A DNA stretch of 43,893 nucleotides from the NCBI GenBank assembly GCA_027062325.1, contig JAMOTN010000029.1, positions 1 to 43,893 of the forward strand, in the 5' to 3' direction. Shown here piece by piece: positions 10,966-21,323 of the stretch. Below the pieces are notes generated by a model. That model was given only the letters and a program-made list of their open reading frames with translations. It searched no databases and was not told the origin of the DNA. This DNA is from a bacterium (lineage in GTDB: Bacteria > JAMOTN01). Every line of letters begins with the position of its first letter. The first letter of the stretch is position 1. The position numbers and the translations under genes were made by a program.

Positions 10966-12333
10966 TTATTTTCCCTTTAACTTCAAACTTTTCATATCTC
11001 TCTCATCAACAATAGGACCAACTCTTAAATTTAACTTTTTAGAAGAAACCCTTTTAACCACAACTTTAGACTTATGATTCAATTTTTTCGCTGTCTCCTT
11101 TTTACCTTCTCCTCCAACCCTTTTTACAAATAAAAACAAGTAAAGATTAGTCCAACTATAGCTTTTTTTCTTTTTTCTAAAAGCATTAGAAATTAGTGGT
11201 AAATCTCCAAAAAATGGAACCTTTTTGGTATAAAGTGTAGCCACTTTTTTGAATAATCCCCCTATAACAATTCCCTCTCCATCTTTCAACCATAAAGTTG
11301 TCTCTGCCTTTCTCGAGGACACTATGGGAGAGGAATTTACTCCCTCTCCAACTACCTCACTAACCTCCAACGCTAGATCAAGATTTATCTTATCTCCCTC
11401 AACAATCGGAGTAACATTCAACTTTATTCCAACATCCATGTACTCAACATCTGTTGAGGAAACTCCATTGTTAACAATTGTTGACTTGAGATAAGGTACT
11501 CTCTTACCAACCTCCAACTTAGCACTTCTCCCAGAAGATACAACCACACTAGGCTCAGAATAAGTTTTAGCTATACTCTTATCCTCTAGTAACCTCAACA
11601 ACGTTCCAAAATTTTCAAAATTCAATTCTCCTGGCGATGAAGACAAAGAAGTATCTCTCTCAAACTTTTTAAATGGCCAGAAAGTATCAATTCTAGAAGG
11701 CGCTTGATAAAGCGCTTCAAAATTCCAATCAAATCCTTCTTCTTTCATTTTACTTATGTCTATTGCTACAATGTAAGCCTTTATCATAACTTTATCAGTC
11801 ATTTTAGTCTTAGGCTCTTTCTTTTGTTTATTCCTCTCTTTCTCCTCTTTTTTCAAAACAAGATTGACGACTCTGTCAAATTCTCTCACCAACTTAGCCT
11901 CCAATGTAGCAAAGGCTATTCCGCTGGCTTTATCGTACTTCAAAACCACCTTTCCCTTCCAACCAAAAGTTTTTACTGCACTCAAAACCTTTCTGTAAAC
12001 TTTGTAATCCATAGAGTATATCAGAGTTTTAAAACCACTAATGCCAGCTGCATTTTTTTTCTGGCGAGAATATATAAAATAGACACCATCTTTTTTCTTC
12101 CAATCAAGCTTATCCGCCAATTTATACAGTGCTTCTTCAAAACTCTTACTTAATAACAAGCTAGACGGCACCTTTAAAGCATAAAGAGTCTTATCTTCAA
12201 TCTTATACTTTACCTTACTATCAGCTGACAACATATCCAAAACATCTGGCAAATACATAGTTTTGGCAGCGTTAACCACTAATAGCACAACAAAAACAAA
12301 AAACAATGCCAGCAATCTAACATTCATCCTCAT
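10966..12333 (-). CDS. Secretin (GspD/PilQ family)
   Basis: Signal peptide; VGIKLNVTP, IVIGGL, KVPFFGDLPLISNAF secretin motifs. Confidence 0.9.
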   Translation of the reverse strand: MRMNVRLLALFFVFVVLLVVNAAKTMYLPDVLDMLSADSKVKYKIEDKTLYALKVPSSLLLSKSFEEALYKLADKLDWKKKDGVYFIYSRQKKNAAGISGFKTLIYSMDYKVYRKVLSAVKTFGWKGKVVLKYDKASGIAFATLEAKLVREFDRVVNLVLKKEEKERNKQKKEPKTKMTDKVMIKAYIVAIDISKMKEEGFDWNFEALYQAPSRIDTFWPFKKFERDTSLSSSPGELNFENFGTLLRLLEDKSIAKTYSEPSVVVSSGRSAKLEVGKRVPYLKSTIVNNGVSSTDVEYMDVGIKLNVTPIVEGDKINLDLALEVSEVVGEGVNSSPIVSSRKAETTLWLKDGEGIVIGGLFKKVATLYTKKVPFFGDLPLISNAFRKKKKSYSWTNLYLFLFVKRVGGEGKKETAKKLNHKSKVVVKRVSSKKLNLRVGPIVDERDMKSLKLKGK

Positions 12334-12355
12334 TCTAACTCTATCACCACCACGT

Positions 12356-12802
12356 TTACCTTCTCTCCCTAAGCTCCCTCACTAAATCTCTCCAATCTTT
12401 TAACAAAATCTTCTCTCCTCGTTCTAATACGTATTCCCCTTCGAAAGTTCCTCCTCTATAGCTATACGGCACTTCAAATAATTCTACCTCTAAACTAGAG
12501 TTAATCAAAACAGCCATTCTTTTCCCTGCTTTGTTGAACACTCCTCTCAAATACCACGTCCACCACAAAGGTCTTTTAAAAAAATCAATGATTCGATCCT
12601 TATCTTCATCACCGTCGTTAGAAATTATCACTTCTTCTTTAGGAATATATTTCAACCACTCTTCAGGCGAAAAATTAACCTTCCTAGCATAAACCCTTAC
12701 CGCGCTAAAATAACACACATAAGCCCACACTACAAACAAAACTCCGAATAATATCCCAACTGCCACCTTCAAGTGTTTCATCTTCATACTAAACAACTCC
12801 AC
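12356..12802 (-). CDS. Hypothetical membrane-anchored protein (PilP position)
   Basis: N-terminal TM; immediately upstream of the secretin gene. Confidence 0.5.
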   Translation of the reverse strand: MELFSMKMKHLKVAVGILFGVLFVVWAYVCYFSAVRVYARKVNFSPEEWLKYIPKEEVIISNDGDEDKDRIIDFFKRPLWWTWYLRGVFNKAGKRMAVLINSSLEVELFEVPYSYRGGTFEGEYVLERGEKILLKDWRDLVRELRERR

Positions 12803-13408
12803 TTATTTACCTGCAGTTGACCTATTAACCACATTGGGCTTTTCTCTCACCGCAAAACGCCAAACGCCCTTTAGCCATAAAGCAATTTTTTCTCCATTTG
12901 ACAATATCTTAAACTCCTCTATATTTACTCTTCCCCTAAGTAATTTTAGAAGTTTTAACCATACAAAGTCAGTCTCACTTTCAAAACTCAGCTCAAATGG
13001 CAAAAATACAAACTCTGATATTCCAAACTTTTTAACTCTCCTAACTCTTAACCCTTTCCAAGCTACTTTTAAAGAAAGTCCCTCTACAACATTACCCAAA
13101 TTACTCCTCAATTCGTAATCCATACGCTCCTTGACATCCGAAACCCCATTGGAAAAGTCAAAGTACTCCCTTGTCTTATTTTCCAACTTATTCTTTCTCT
13201 TTGATAACTCGGTAAAAATTTCCTTCAAGACTGGTGAAGAGTACTTAAGTTTTATCAACTCAAACTCAGTTTTCAAATCTTCCACTTCTTTTCCTAAGCT
13301 GTTGTACTTCTTAAACCACTCGATAAAAAATCTTCCATAAATCAATGAAATAACTATCAATAATGTTAGCACAACTTTATCTATATCTTCTCTACTCAAA
13401 CAGCTCAC
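12803..13408 (-). CDS. PilO/GspM-like bitopic protein
   Basis: N-terminal TM, coiled coil, then alpha/beta domain; gene position. Confidence 0.5.
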   Translation of the reverse strand: MSCLSREDIDKVVLTLLIVISLIYGRFFIEWFKKYNSLGKEVEDLKTEFELIKLKYSSPVLKEIFTELSKRKNKLENKTREYFDFSNGVSDVKERMDYELRSNLGNVVEGLSLKVAWKGLRVRRVKKFGISEFVFLPFELSFESETDFVWLKLLKLLRGRVNIEEFKILSNGEKIALWLKGVWRFAVREKPNVVNRSTAGK

Positions 13409-14478
13409 CTCTTAACATCAATCTCAAACATTATCTCTCCATTGTCCCCATCATAATTAGCCGACAATATCTTGTATCCCTCCTCACTCAACCAATCACT
13501 CAACCCTCTGTAAGCTTTAAAACCTTTAGTCATAACCACAAAAGTAAACTTTCCTCCTGAAAATTCAACTTTTTTCACCCATGAATTAAGTGGAAGATTT
13601 TTAAAAACTTTTTTCATAACCATCATAATAGCACTAACATTAGAAAATTTTGTCATACTAACTAACTCTTTGTAAAGCTCTGCTTCTTTTTTCAAATCAT
13701 CCTCTACTTTTTTAAAAATGGGAAAAGCCCCTTTCATCCTAATCAATTCATCGTACATGATTTTCCTAACCACCAAAGCTTTATTCATCAACAGATAGGC
13801 ACCCACTAAGGAAATCAAAAAGAACATAATCAACAAAATATCCCGTGATACAGAAAACTCATCTTCTAATATCCCAATAAAATTCAAATTCCAAATGTTT
13901 AAACACTCGTAACCCTCAACTTCAGTATCAGAGTATATTGTTATACTAGAGATTCCGCTGTTTCTAGCTAAAACAACTATTTGAGGTAACCTAAGTATAA
14001 ACTCAGTTGAGGATATTATAGGAATGGTAGTTATTTTAACATTATCCTCATTTAACTCCACATAAACAATTGGAACGGCCTTTAAAACATATCCTACATT
14101 ATTCTTCTTATAATCAAGACTTTTCAAAAATGTGGCAGGTAAAGAAGACACTTTTTTAACTTTTATCTCTTTTTTCCCCAAGTCATTTATCAAATTTTTA
14201 ATGCTACTTTCTATATGAGCTACTGCAACCCAATTATTTTTCAGTTTGAATATGGTATATATTAAATTTTCCTTTGTTCCAAATATAAGCTGCTTATTCC
14301 TCTCCAAAAAATCCTCATCTAATTTCTTTAACTCTTTCACAGGTTTAGAATAAATGTAGAAATCGGTATCAACAACTAACTCAATCCTTTTTCCCTTAAG
14401 CTCATCCAAATCTACGGAGCCAGCATTTATTTCACTTACCAAAAGTCTCCTTATATCTTTCCCTAACATATTTGTCAA
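13405..14478 (-). CDS. PilM/PilN (GspL)-like protein
   Basis: Cytoplasmic N-domain, one TM, coiled coil, PilN-like LPLNSWVKKVEF; annotated start overlaps the dxr 3' end. Confidence 0.55.
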   Translation of the reverse strand: MTNMLGKDIRRLLVSEINAGSVDLDELKGKRIELVVDTDFYIYSKPVKELKKLDEDFLERNKQLIFGTKENLIYTIFKLKNNWVAVAHIESSIKNLINDLGKKEIKVKKVSSLPATFLKSLDYKKNNVGYVLKAVPIVYVELNEDNVKITTIPIISSTEFILRLPQIVVLARNSGISSITIYSDTEVEGYECLNIWNLNFIGILEDEFSVSRDILLIMFFLISLVGAYLLMNKALVVRKIMYDELIRMKGAFPIFKKVEDDLKKEAELYKELVSMTKFSNVSAIMMVMKKVFKNLPLNSWVKKVEFSGGKFTFVVMTKGFKAYRGLSDWLSEEGYKILSANYDGDNGEIMFEIDVKR

Positions 14479-15544
14479 ACTCCTCTATCTCGCGGATAGT
14501 GGTAAATTCCTGTTTTAACTCTACTCTTTCAACCACATCTATAATTCGATCAATCACTTCCCCAAATCTTATACTCCCCCTCAAGAAATCCTCAACTGCA
14601 CACTCATCAGCCGCATTCAAAGCTACCATAGCACTTTCTCCGTAACTTTTAAACTTATCAAGCGCATAAAAAAACAAAGGATATTTTTCCTCATCTATAC
14701 GGCAAAACTCCATATCTCCATTCACATTGAACTCTTTTCTAAAACTACCCCTAACTTCTGGATATGTAAGAGCATAGTTTATAGCAAACCTCATATCCGG
14801 ATCAGAAACAGCAAAAATCAAAGATCCATCAACCAACCTTAAAAATGAGTGAACGTAACTCTGCCTATGCAAAACAACCTCAACATCCTCCACATCTACA
14901 TCAAAATACCAACAAGCCTCTACCACTTCCAAAGCTTTATTAAACATTGTCGCAGAATCAACTGTTATTTTAGCTCCCATATTCCAATTTGGATGCCTTA
15001 ATACTTCCTCTGCACTCAAATCCCTAGGATTATCAACATCTCTTATAGCTCCACCCGAAGCCGTTATCCCAAACCTTGCTATGTATGGCCTCTTCACAAA
15101 TTCAGAAAGCATAAGTAGGGATGTGTGCTCACTATCTATAGGAACAATTTCAGCCTTAACTCCTTTAAGCAATTTTCCCCCACAAACAACACTTTCTTTG
15201 TTAGCCAAGGCTATCCTCTTTGAAGTATTAGAAAAAGCAATTGTTATCTCCAAGCCCGCAAATCCCGAAACAGCATTTACAACAACATCAGCTTTTTCTT
15301 TTGCTACTTCAATAGCCTCTGCAAAACTTATGAGCTTATTTCTTTTTACCAAATCATCAGCCAGCTCATTTTTTAAACTTCTAACAGCTATTTGCGGAAT
15401 AGAATATTTATAAGCCAACTCTTGTAAAAGATGTAAATTACTCCCAGCTGTTGCAGCAACAACCTGCCAACCAAGTTTATCTATGACATCCAAAGCCTGC
15501 TTTCCTATGCTACCAGTTGCTCCAAAAACAGCCACCTTTTTCAT
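14432..15544 (-). CDS. dxr: 1-deoxy-D-xylulose 5-phosphate reductoisomerase
   Basis: GATGSIG, LANKES, PIDSEH, HPNWNMGAKITVDSATMFNK. Confidence 0.97.
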   Translation of the reverse strand: MKKVAVFGATGSIGKQALDVIDKLGWQVVAATAGSNLHLLQELAYKYSIPQIAVRSLKNELADDLVKRNKLISFAEAIEVAKEKADVVVNAVSGFAGLEITIAFSNTSKRIALANKESVVCGGKLLKGVKAEIVPIDSEHTSLLMLSEFVKRPYIARFGITASGGAIRDVDNPRDLSAEEVLRHPNWNMGAKITVDSATMFNKALEVVEACWYFDVDVEDVEVVLHRQSYVHSFLRLVDGSLIFAVSDPDMRFAINYALTYPEVRGSFRKEFNVNGDMEFCRIDEEKYPLFFYALDKFKSYGESAMVALNAADECAVEDFLRGSIRFGEVIDRIIDVVERVELKQEFTTIREIEEFDKYVRERYKETFGK

Positions 15545-15625
15545 AGTTTATAGATTACCAAACACCCAAGCAAAATTTAAAGGGTTAGGTGTAAAATATT
15601 TTTGTAAGAAAAAGGAGGGTAGCAA

Positions 15626-16960
15626 GTGAATCAAAACAAGTTCCATAGCATTAAAGTAGCAATAATAACTTTTGGTTGCCAAGCAAATGTCTTTAACGCC
15701 TCACAATTGAAAACACTTCTCTTAAGCTCAGGATTCGAAATTGTGGACGAACAAATAGCTAACGTGGGAATAGTCATATCTTGTGCTGTCCGTAAAAAAC
15801 CAGAAGATATAGCACTAGCAACTGCTCAAAAGCTTGCCTCTTCCGGCAAATTAGCCATATTAACTGGCTGCGCTCCACACTTTGTAAAAGACAGAATTTC
15901 GCCCGACAGTAACATTATCCTTGTTCCCATAACCGAGATGTACAAAATACCAAATTTAATTCGCACATATTATATGAAAAGTGAAAATCTAGATAACAGT
16001 GCTTTTCTCCTAAACACAGAATCTTTGACTGAACCAAAGCTAAATATCTACACTCCAGAAGAATTTCCTTCAGCTTTTGTAGCAATTTCTGAAGGATGCA
16101 ATAATTTCTGCTCATACTGTGCCGTTCCTTTTGCAAGGAGCCGTGAGCGCAGTGTTAAGCCTGACGAAATTTGCAAATTCATCGAAAAACTCGCTTCTAG
16201 CGGGTACAAGCTCATAACAATAATTGGTCAAAACGTCAATTCTTACGGAAAAGACATAGGCTATTCATTTCTTAAATTGTTAAAAGACATTGACTCCATA
16301 CCCCAAAATTTTTGGTGTTTTTTTACAACATCTCATCCCAAAGACCTATCTCTAGAAGTTGTAGATTTTGTAATGAATTCTAGAAAGATCGGACGCTGGT
16401 TCCATCTCCCTCTTCAAAGCGCAAGCAATAGAATTCTCTCCAAGATGAATCGCCCCTATACTTTTGAAAAGTACTTAGAGATTGTAAATTATATAAAGGA
16501 GCTGGATAAAAACAACTTTGCAACTATAACCACAGACTTGATGGTTGGTTTCCCAACAGAAACAGAAGACGACTTCACAAAAACCTTGGAAGCAGTAAAA
16601 ATTATAGGATTCGATGGAGCTTATACCTACTACTATCAAGAAAGGGCAGGCACATTCGCAACGCGCCTTCCTCAACTTCCTATTGAGCTGAGAAAAAAAC
16701 GCCTCGAAAAACTCGTAGAAACTGTAATGACACTTTCTAAACAACAGAGCAAGCGTTTTCTCAATCGTTCATTCGAAGTAATTATTGAAAAGAAAGCTAA
16801 AAAAGGCGGATGGCAAGCTAGAATGTTCAATAATAAAGTTGTTGTTATAAACAAAAGCCACAACCTACAATTGGATAAAATCGCTCCATCTGATAAAATC
16901 AGCGTTAAGATAACAGACTCAAGAGGCTGGATCTTGTTAGGCATCGTGGAAAAGGAGTGA
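15626..16960 (+). CDS. miaB: tRNA methylthiotransferase MiaB (radical SAM + TRAM)
   Basis: TFGCQAN, SCAVR, GCNNFCSYCAVP, GQNVNSYG, TDLMVGFPTET. Confidence 0.88.
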   Translation: MNQNKFHSIKVAIITFGCQANVFNASQLKTLLLSSGFEIVDEQIANVGIVISCAVRKKPEDIALATAQKLASSGKLAILTGCAPHFVKDRISPDSNIILVPITEMYKIPNLIRTYYMKSENLDNSAFLLNTESLTEPKLNIYTPEEFPSAFVAISEGCNNFCSYCAVPFARSRERSVKPDEICKFIEKLASSGYKLITIIGQNVNSYGKDIGYSFLKLLKDIDSIPQNFWCFFTTSHPKDLSLEVVDFVMNSRKIGRWFHLPLQSASNRILSKMNRPYTFEKYLEIVNYIKELDKNNFATITTDLMVGFPTETEDDFTKTLEAVKIIGFDGAYTYYYQERAGTFATRLPQLPIELRKKRLEKLVETVMTLSKQQSKRFLNRSFEVIIEKKAKKGGWQARMFNNKVVVINKSHNLQLDKIAPSDKISVKITDSRGWILLGIVEKE

Positions 16961-17697
16961 TTGTTTTGTCAAACCTCGAAGACAAACAAGAACAGCAAGA
17001 CGTTTCTACTGATAACAAAACTAAAACTCCCCAAGGAACTTCCAAATTTATCTGGGAGATACTTCAAACTCTGTTGATAGCATTCTTAATAATAAAATTC
17101 GTAACTCAGACATCTCTAGTTGTTGGTGAATGTATGCTTCCTTTGTTGAAGGATGGAGACAGGATTTTAGTTAATAAGTTTGTCTACCACTTTAAGCCAA
17201 TCAAACGCGGTGACATAATAGTATTTAAATTCCCGAAAGATCCTAGCAAAGAATTTATAAAGCGAGTTATCGGACTTCCCGGAGATCACATTAAAATAGT
17301 AAACGGCCAAGTTTTCATAAACGGGAAAAAACTTAATGAACCGTATGTAAAGTTTCGTTCCTCAGAGGTATTTCCGCCTGGTAGAAGCGAATTTGTCGTC
17401 CCAGCTAACTCTTTCTTTGTTATGGGAGACAATCGCCCCAACAGTTTAGATAGCAGATTCTGGGGAACAGTACCTAAAAAGTTGATAGTTGGAAAAGCTT
17501 TTTGGAGATTTTGGCCATGCTTTGAAAACGCTTCGTTTGTCAAAAATTTAGTAGCATTTTTAAACCCTATCCCACGAACTAGTTGGAGTTGTAAGAGAAG
17601 AATATGGTTAGATGGAGGAGAAAAGTGGCGAGAAGCTTACGGTGAACTTGCTGCTGAATTTCCTCCTTCTAAAACTTCACCAAAAAGCAAACAATAA
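16957..17697 (+). CDS. lepB: Signal peptidase I (Cys at the catalytic Ser position)
   Basis: TM then GECMLPLL, RGDIIVF, FIKRVIGLPGD, GDNRPNSLDSRFWG. Confidence 0.92.
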   Translation: MIVLSNLEDKQEQQDVSTDNKTKTPQGTSKFIWEILQTLLIAFLIIKFVTQTSLVVGECMLPLLKDGDRILVNKFVYHFKPIKRGDIIVFKFPKDPSKEFIKRVIGLPGDHIKIVNGQVFINGKKLNEPYVKFRSSEVFPPGRSEFVVPANSFFVMGDNRPNSLDSRFWGTVPKKLIVGKAFWRFWPCFENASFVKNLVAFLNPIPRTSWSCKRRIWLDGGEKWREAYGELAAEFPPSKTSPKSKQ

Positions 17698-17717
17698 TCT
17701 TAATTGGAGGGATCAAT

Positions 17718-19115
17718 ATGAAGATCAAAGAACTAAAAGAAAAGTACAATCTTGAAGAGCTTGCCTCCAATGCTTTAAAGTCACTTGAAGATTTTGAATT
17801 TGCTGAGTTTTTCTTCGAAGAGGCAAGCGAGGAAAGTATAACCGCAGAAAACAAGAGCATAACTGCAGCAACCTCCTCCTTAAGACGTGGCGTAGCCATA
17901 AGAGTATTTAATAAAGGTTCAATTTTTCACGCTTATACAACCGATCTATCAAAGCGTGGAATTGATGAACTTGTTGAATTCGTAAAGAGTATGGTTCGTA
18001 ACTATTCAACATCGAAGATAGGAATAGAACTTACCTCCCCTGCTGAAGAAAAATTTACTCATGAAGCAGTAATATCATCTCCGGAGATTAAAGTCAGCAA
18101 ACTAAGAGAAGCCATAGACAAAGCTTTCTCTTACTCTTACACACAGTCATTTATGGGCTTGGTAAGAGAAAGTGCAAGGAGCATATTCATCAAGAACTCA
18201 CTCGGAGTAACAGCAGAGGATGATTATGTAAAAACAGGATCCTTCGTTAAAATTATTGCCACAAAAGATGGATATACAGACTTTTCTTATAAAACTCGGG
18301 CATTTTCAAAACCGGCATCAGAGCTTGACCTCGTCGAACTAGTAGAAGATGCTATAAGAATTGCCGAGGTAAACTTCTCTGCACGTCCCACACCTGCAGG
18401 AAACTTTCCAATAGTTGTTGCTCATGGACAAGGCGCCATAGTCTTTCACGAAGCGTGCGGCCATGCACTTGAAGGAGACTCAATTGCCAACGAAACCTCC
18501 GTCTTTTCCAAAAAATTAGGAGAAAAAATCGCTGTTGAAAATTTAAACTTAATAGACGATGGAACCGTTCCTTTATCTTATGGAAGTTACAATTTCGACG
18601 ATGAAGGCATCCCCTCACAAAAAACTCCTCTCATTGAAAATGGAATCTTAGTTGGATACATGTTAGACCTAAAATCATCTCTTCAACTGGGCATGAAGCC
18701 CACAGGCAATGGTCGTAGACAAACTTACAAGCACTTTCCAATTCCAAGAATGAGAAACACCATAATTACCCCAACAAAACCGGACGGAAGCGCAGAGGAC
18801 ATAATAGCCTCTGTCAAAAAAGGTATATACGTAAAGTACCTAGGAGGCGGACAAGTTGATGTTATAACAGGTGACTTTGTTTTCTCCATGCGCGAAGCTT
18901 ACATGATAGAAAATGGTAAGATAACGCATCCAATAAGAGGCGGAACAATTGCGGGAAATGGTCCCGAAGTTTTGAAGAGTATTGTAGCATTTGGAGATGA
19001 CTTTGAGATGGATTCTGGTGGAGGCATGTGCGGTAAGGAAGGCCAGGGAGCACCAGTTTCTCAGGGACAACCAACAATAAAGATAGCCAAGCTTCTTGTT
19101 GGCGGAGTTGGATAA
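17718..19115 (+). CDS. tldD: TldD metalloprotease
   Basis: HEACGHALEGD, FDDEG, PRMRNT, CGKEGQ. Confidence 0.93.
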   Translation: MKIKELKEKYNLEELASNALKSLEDFEFAEFFFEEASEESITAENKSITAATSSLRRGVAIRVFNKGSIFHAYTTDLSKRGIDELVEFVKSMVRNYSTSKIGIELTSPAEEKFTHEAVISSPEIKVSKLREAIDKAFSYSYTQSFMGLVRESARSIFIKNSLGVTAEDDYVKTGSFVKIIATKDGYTDFSYKTRAFSKPASELDLVELVEDAIRIAEVNFSARPTPAGNFPIVVAHGQGAIVFHEACGHALEGDSIANETSVFSKKLGEKIAVENLNLIDDGTVPLSYGSYNFDDEGIPSQKTPLIENGILVGYMLDLKSSLQLGMKPTGNGRRQTYKHFPIPRMRNTIITPTKPDGSAEDIIASVKKGIYVKYLGGGQVDVITGDFVFSMREAYMIENGKITHPIRGGTIAGNGPEVLKSIVAFGDDFEMDSGGGMCGKEGQGAPVSQGQPTIKIAKLLVGGVG

Positions 19116-19188
19116 ACTACAAGAAGGAGTCTTGGAGCAGTGGGGAGAAGAGGAGTTAAAATTAAATATAAGAAAGGGGTCGATTGAT

Positions 19189-19485
19189 ATGGTAAAAATT
19201 GGAGCTGTAAGTGGGACAGGTAATTACTATCAAATCAAATCGCAACCACCCCAAAAAACTCAACCAACACAGCAAAATCGCCTACAAAATCAGCAAATGC
19301 AGCGAGATAATGCACAAAATCAACCTCAAATAGACACTCAAGTCAGGAGACGGATGCACGTAAGAGCAAATCAAGAAGTACAAAATCAAACAATTCAAAA
19401 GGCTGGCAATACTCAGGATACAGTTAACACTCAAACCGCAGGAACCAGCTATTTAGTAGGTCAGTATTTAAATATTACAGTTTAG
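19189..19485 (+). CDS. Small Gln-rich protein, C-terminus reminiscent of YjfB-type motility proteins
   Basis: AAGGGG RBS before ATG at 19189 (preferred over the 19096 start); ends GQYLNITV. Confidence 0.55.
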   Translation: MVKIGAVSGTGNYYQIKSQPPQKTQPTQQNRLQNQQMQRDNAQNQPQIDTQVRRRMHVRANQEVQNQTIQKAGNTQDTVNTQTAGTSYLVGQYLNITV

Positions 19486-19492
19486 GTCAACT

Positions 19493-19525
19493 AAAAAACC
19501 CCCCGCTTGCAAGCGGGGGGTAAAA
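19493..19525. terminator. Intrinsic terminator between convergent genes
   Basis: Perfect palindrome ACCCCCCGCTTGCAAGCGGGGGGT with an A-run on the left (U-tract on the minus strand). Confidence 0.85.
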
Positions 19526-19568
19526 TCTTCTATTATTACTACTCGAGTAAGTAGCGTTCTCTTCTAAA

Positions 19569-20630
19569 TTAAGTAGTGCTACCTTCCTCATCCAAATAGA
19601 ACACTTCATCAGAAATTGGATCATTCACTCTTTTGAATCCCGGCAATAGCTCAATCCTATACCATGCAGACTTATACCAAATAAAATCTGGAACCTTTTG
19701 CTCGGTCAAAGCCACACGAGCTGCAACGGTATTCCCGTGGTAATCCCAGTTCATGTAGTGATTGAAGTCCTGAATTATATCAGTAATTACTGCACCGTAA
19801 AATTCAACTAACTCCTTCTGGAATTGTTTCCACCTGTAAATAGAAGAGTCACGAAGAGTAAGACCAAAGTATCCCACTCCTCCTCTATCTTTAATAGTCG
19901 CTATACCACGCCCAATAAAAGCTTTAAAAGCAGCTGGAGTCTCCGGAGGATCAGTTACAAACACATCAAACTTGCCCAAAAACTCTTCTGTGTAAGGATT
20001 TCTCAAATCCCAAACGCGAGCTTCAGCATTTTTCAAACCAAGCTCTTTAATCCACTTGTTGTCAAATTCTATTAAGCGCTCATCTATATCAATAATCAAA
20101 ACTTTTTTAGCCTTCTGAGTCAACGCAATAGCAAGCCCTGTCAAATCATCTTCTGCTCCCATGACAATTATCTCTTTACCCTCAATATCACCACGGCTGT
20201 GCATGTGAAGAACACGAGAAATTGTAGTTTCAGGAGTAACTGCTCCTTGATCAAAATCCTGGATTGCACCTGGCCTATCTTTTGCAATTTCAACAAACTT
20301 TCTATAAAACTCTTTATCCTGCCAAAAAGCAACTCCCCTGCCTTCACAAGCAGGACACTTATACTCCACGTGAGGAGCCACTCCTGCTTCCTTAGCAAAT
20401 TCTTTTCCTTTATCAGTAAGGTAAATACCATCAGCCTCTACCCTTACAAGTCCCTCATCCGACAAAACTTCCAACACAACTTTCAAATAAGGAACTGGCA
20501 TATCAGCATGATCTACAAGCCTCCAAAAATTACTTGTGTCAAACAAACCAGCCAACACTCTCTCTATGTTTTTCCAGTAAATCCTTTCAACACCCTTTTG
20601 ATGCACTTTTTCCACTAATTTTTCAAACAC
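19569..20630 (-). CDS. bpsA: Branched-chain polyamine synthase (N4-bis(aminopropyl)spermidine synthase)
   Basis: CPACEGRG, FDQG, GAEDDLTG (GDDD-like), IDIDERL, TDPPET, AFIGRG. Confidence 0.88.
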   Translation of the reverse strand: MFEKLVEKVHQKGVERIYWKNIERVLAGLFDTSNFWRLVDHADMPVPYLKVVLEVLSDEGLVRVEADGIYLTDKGKEFAKEAGVAPHVEYKCPACEGRGVAFWQDKEFYRKFVEIAKDRPGAIQDFDQGAVTPETTISRVLHMHSRGDIEGKEIIVMGAEDDLTGLAIALTQKAKKVLIIDIDERLIEFDNKWIKELGLKNAEARVWDLRNPYTEEFLGKFDVFVTDPPETPAAFKAFIGRGIATIKDRGGVGYFGLTLRDSSIYRWKQFQKELVEFYGAVITDIIQDFNHYMNWDYHGNTVAARVALTEQKVPDFIWYKSAWYRIELLPGFKRVNDPISDEVFYLDEEGSTT

Positions 20631-20669
20631 TCAAGACACCCCCTTTAAAAATTTTGGCTCAATATACCT

Positions 20670-21299
20670 CTATTTAGCTCTCTGTGTCAAAATGTTACAC
20701 GAAAATTGAAAATTATCCAATATTTTCGCACTAAAAGAATCCCAAAATACACATGTTCCGTATATCTCAAGCAAACCTTTGCCCACTTTTTTACCAGCTG
20801 CTATTACACGTTCATCTTCTGTCTTAGCTATCACATAACCATCACTTAATTCTATACTAGCAGTACAAGGAAAACATATCTTACTGACACCCTCACTGTA
20901 TTCTCTCAACTCACTGGTAACCACATAATATGGATCTCCTTGCCAATTGCTCTTATCATCCTTAACATGATCGTAGTTAAACTTCAACCCATATTTAGCA
21001 ACAACGTCATTTATAAGTTCTGCTACCCTATCTTCATTCTTGTAGTAAGCGAGAAACATTATCTTTTTACCATAATTTAGCCACTTATCTATCATATTTT
21101 TCTCTTCATCCGAAAACCAAATCTCTGGATAGTTGAACACTATCACATCGTAATTTTCAAGCCTCTCAAATTCATCAACTTCATCAATTACTATCCCTTT
21201 TTCTCTTAGCTTTTTATCAAACCAACCAAAATAGTAATAATCAGAAATTATAAACTCTTGATGCGACGCACTCCAAGCTATTTTTAAATTAACTTCCAT
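20670..21299 (-). CDS. Hypothetical protein, GldG/DUF4350-like alpha/beta fold
   Basis: YDVIVFNYPE...FSDEEK...W, GKKVGKG...DNFQF pattern. Confidence 0.45.
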   Translation of the reverse strand: MEVNLKIAWSASHQEFIISDYYYFGWFDKKLREKGIVIDEVDEFERLENYDVIVFNYPEIWFSDEEKNMIDKWLNYGKKIMFLAYYKNEDRVAELINDVVAKYGLKFNYDHVKDDKSNWQGDPYYVVTSELREYSEGVSKICFPCTASIELSDGYVIAKTEDERVIAAGKKVGKGLLEIYGTCVFWDSFSAKILDNFQFSCNILTQRAK

Positions 21300-21323
21300 A
21301 CTATCACCCTCCTGTTTAAACTC

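Noticed and set aside
17718-19115. tldD without adjacent tldE/pmbA as a novelty
   Set aside because: The partner gene is often encoded elsewhere; cannot be judged from this window
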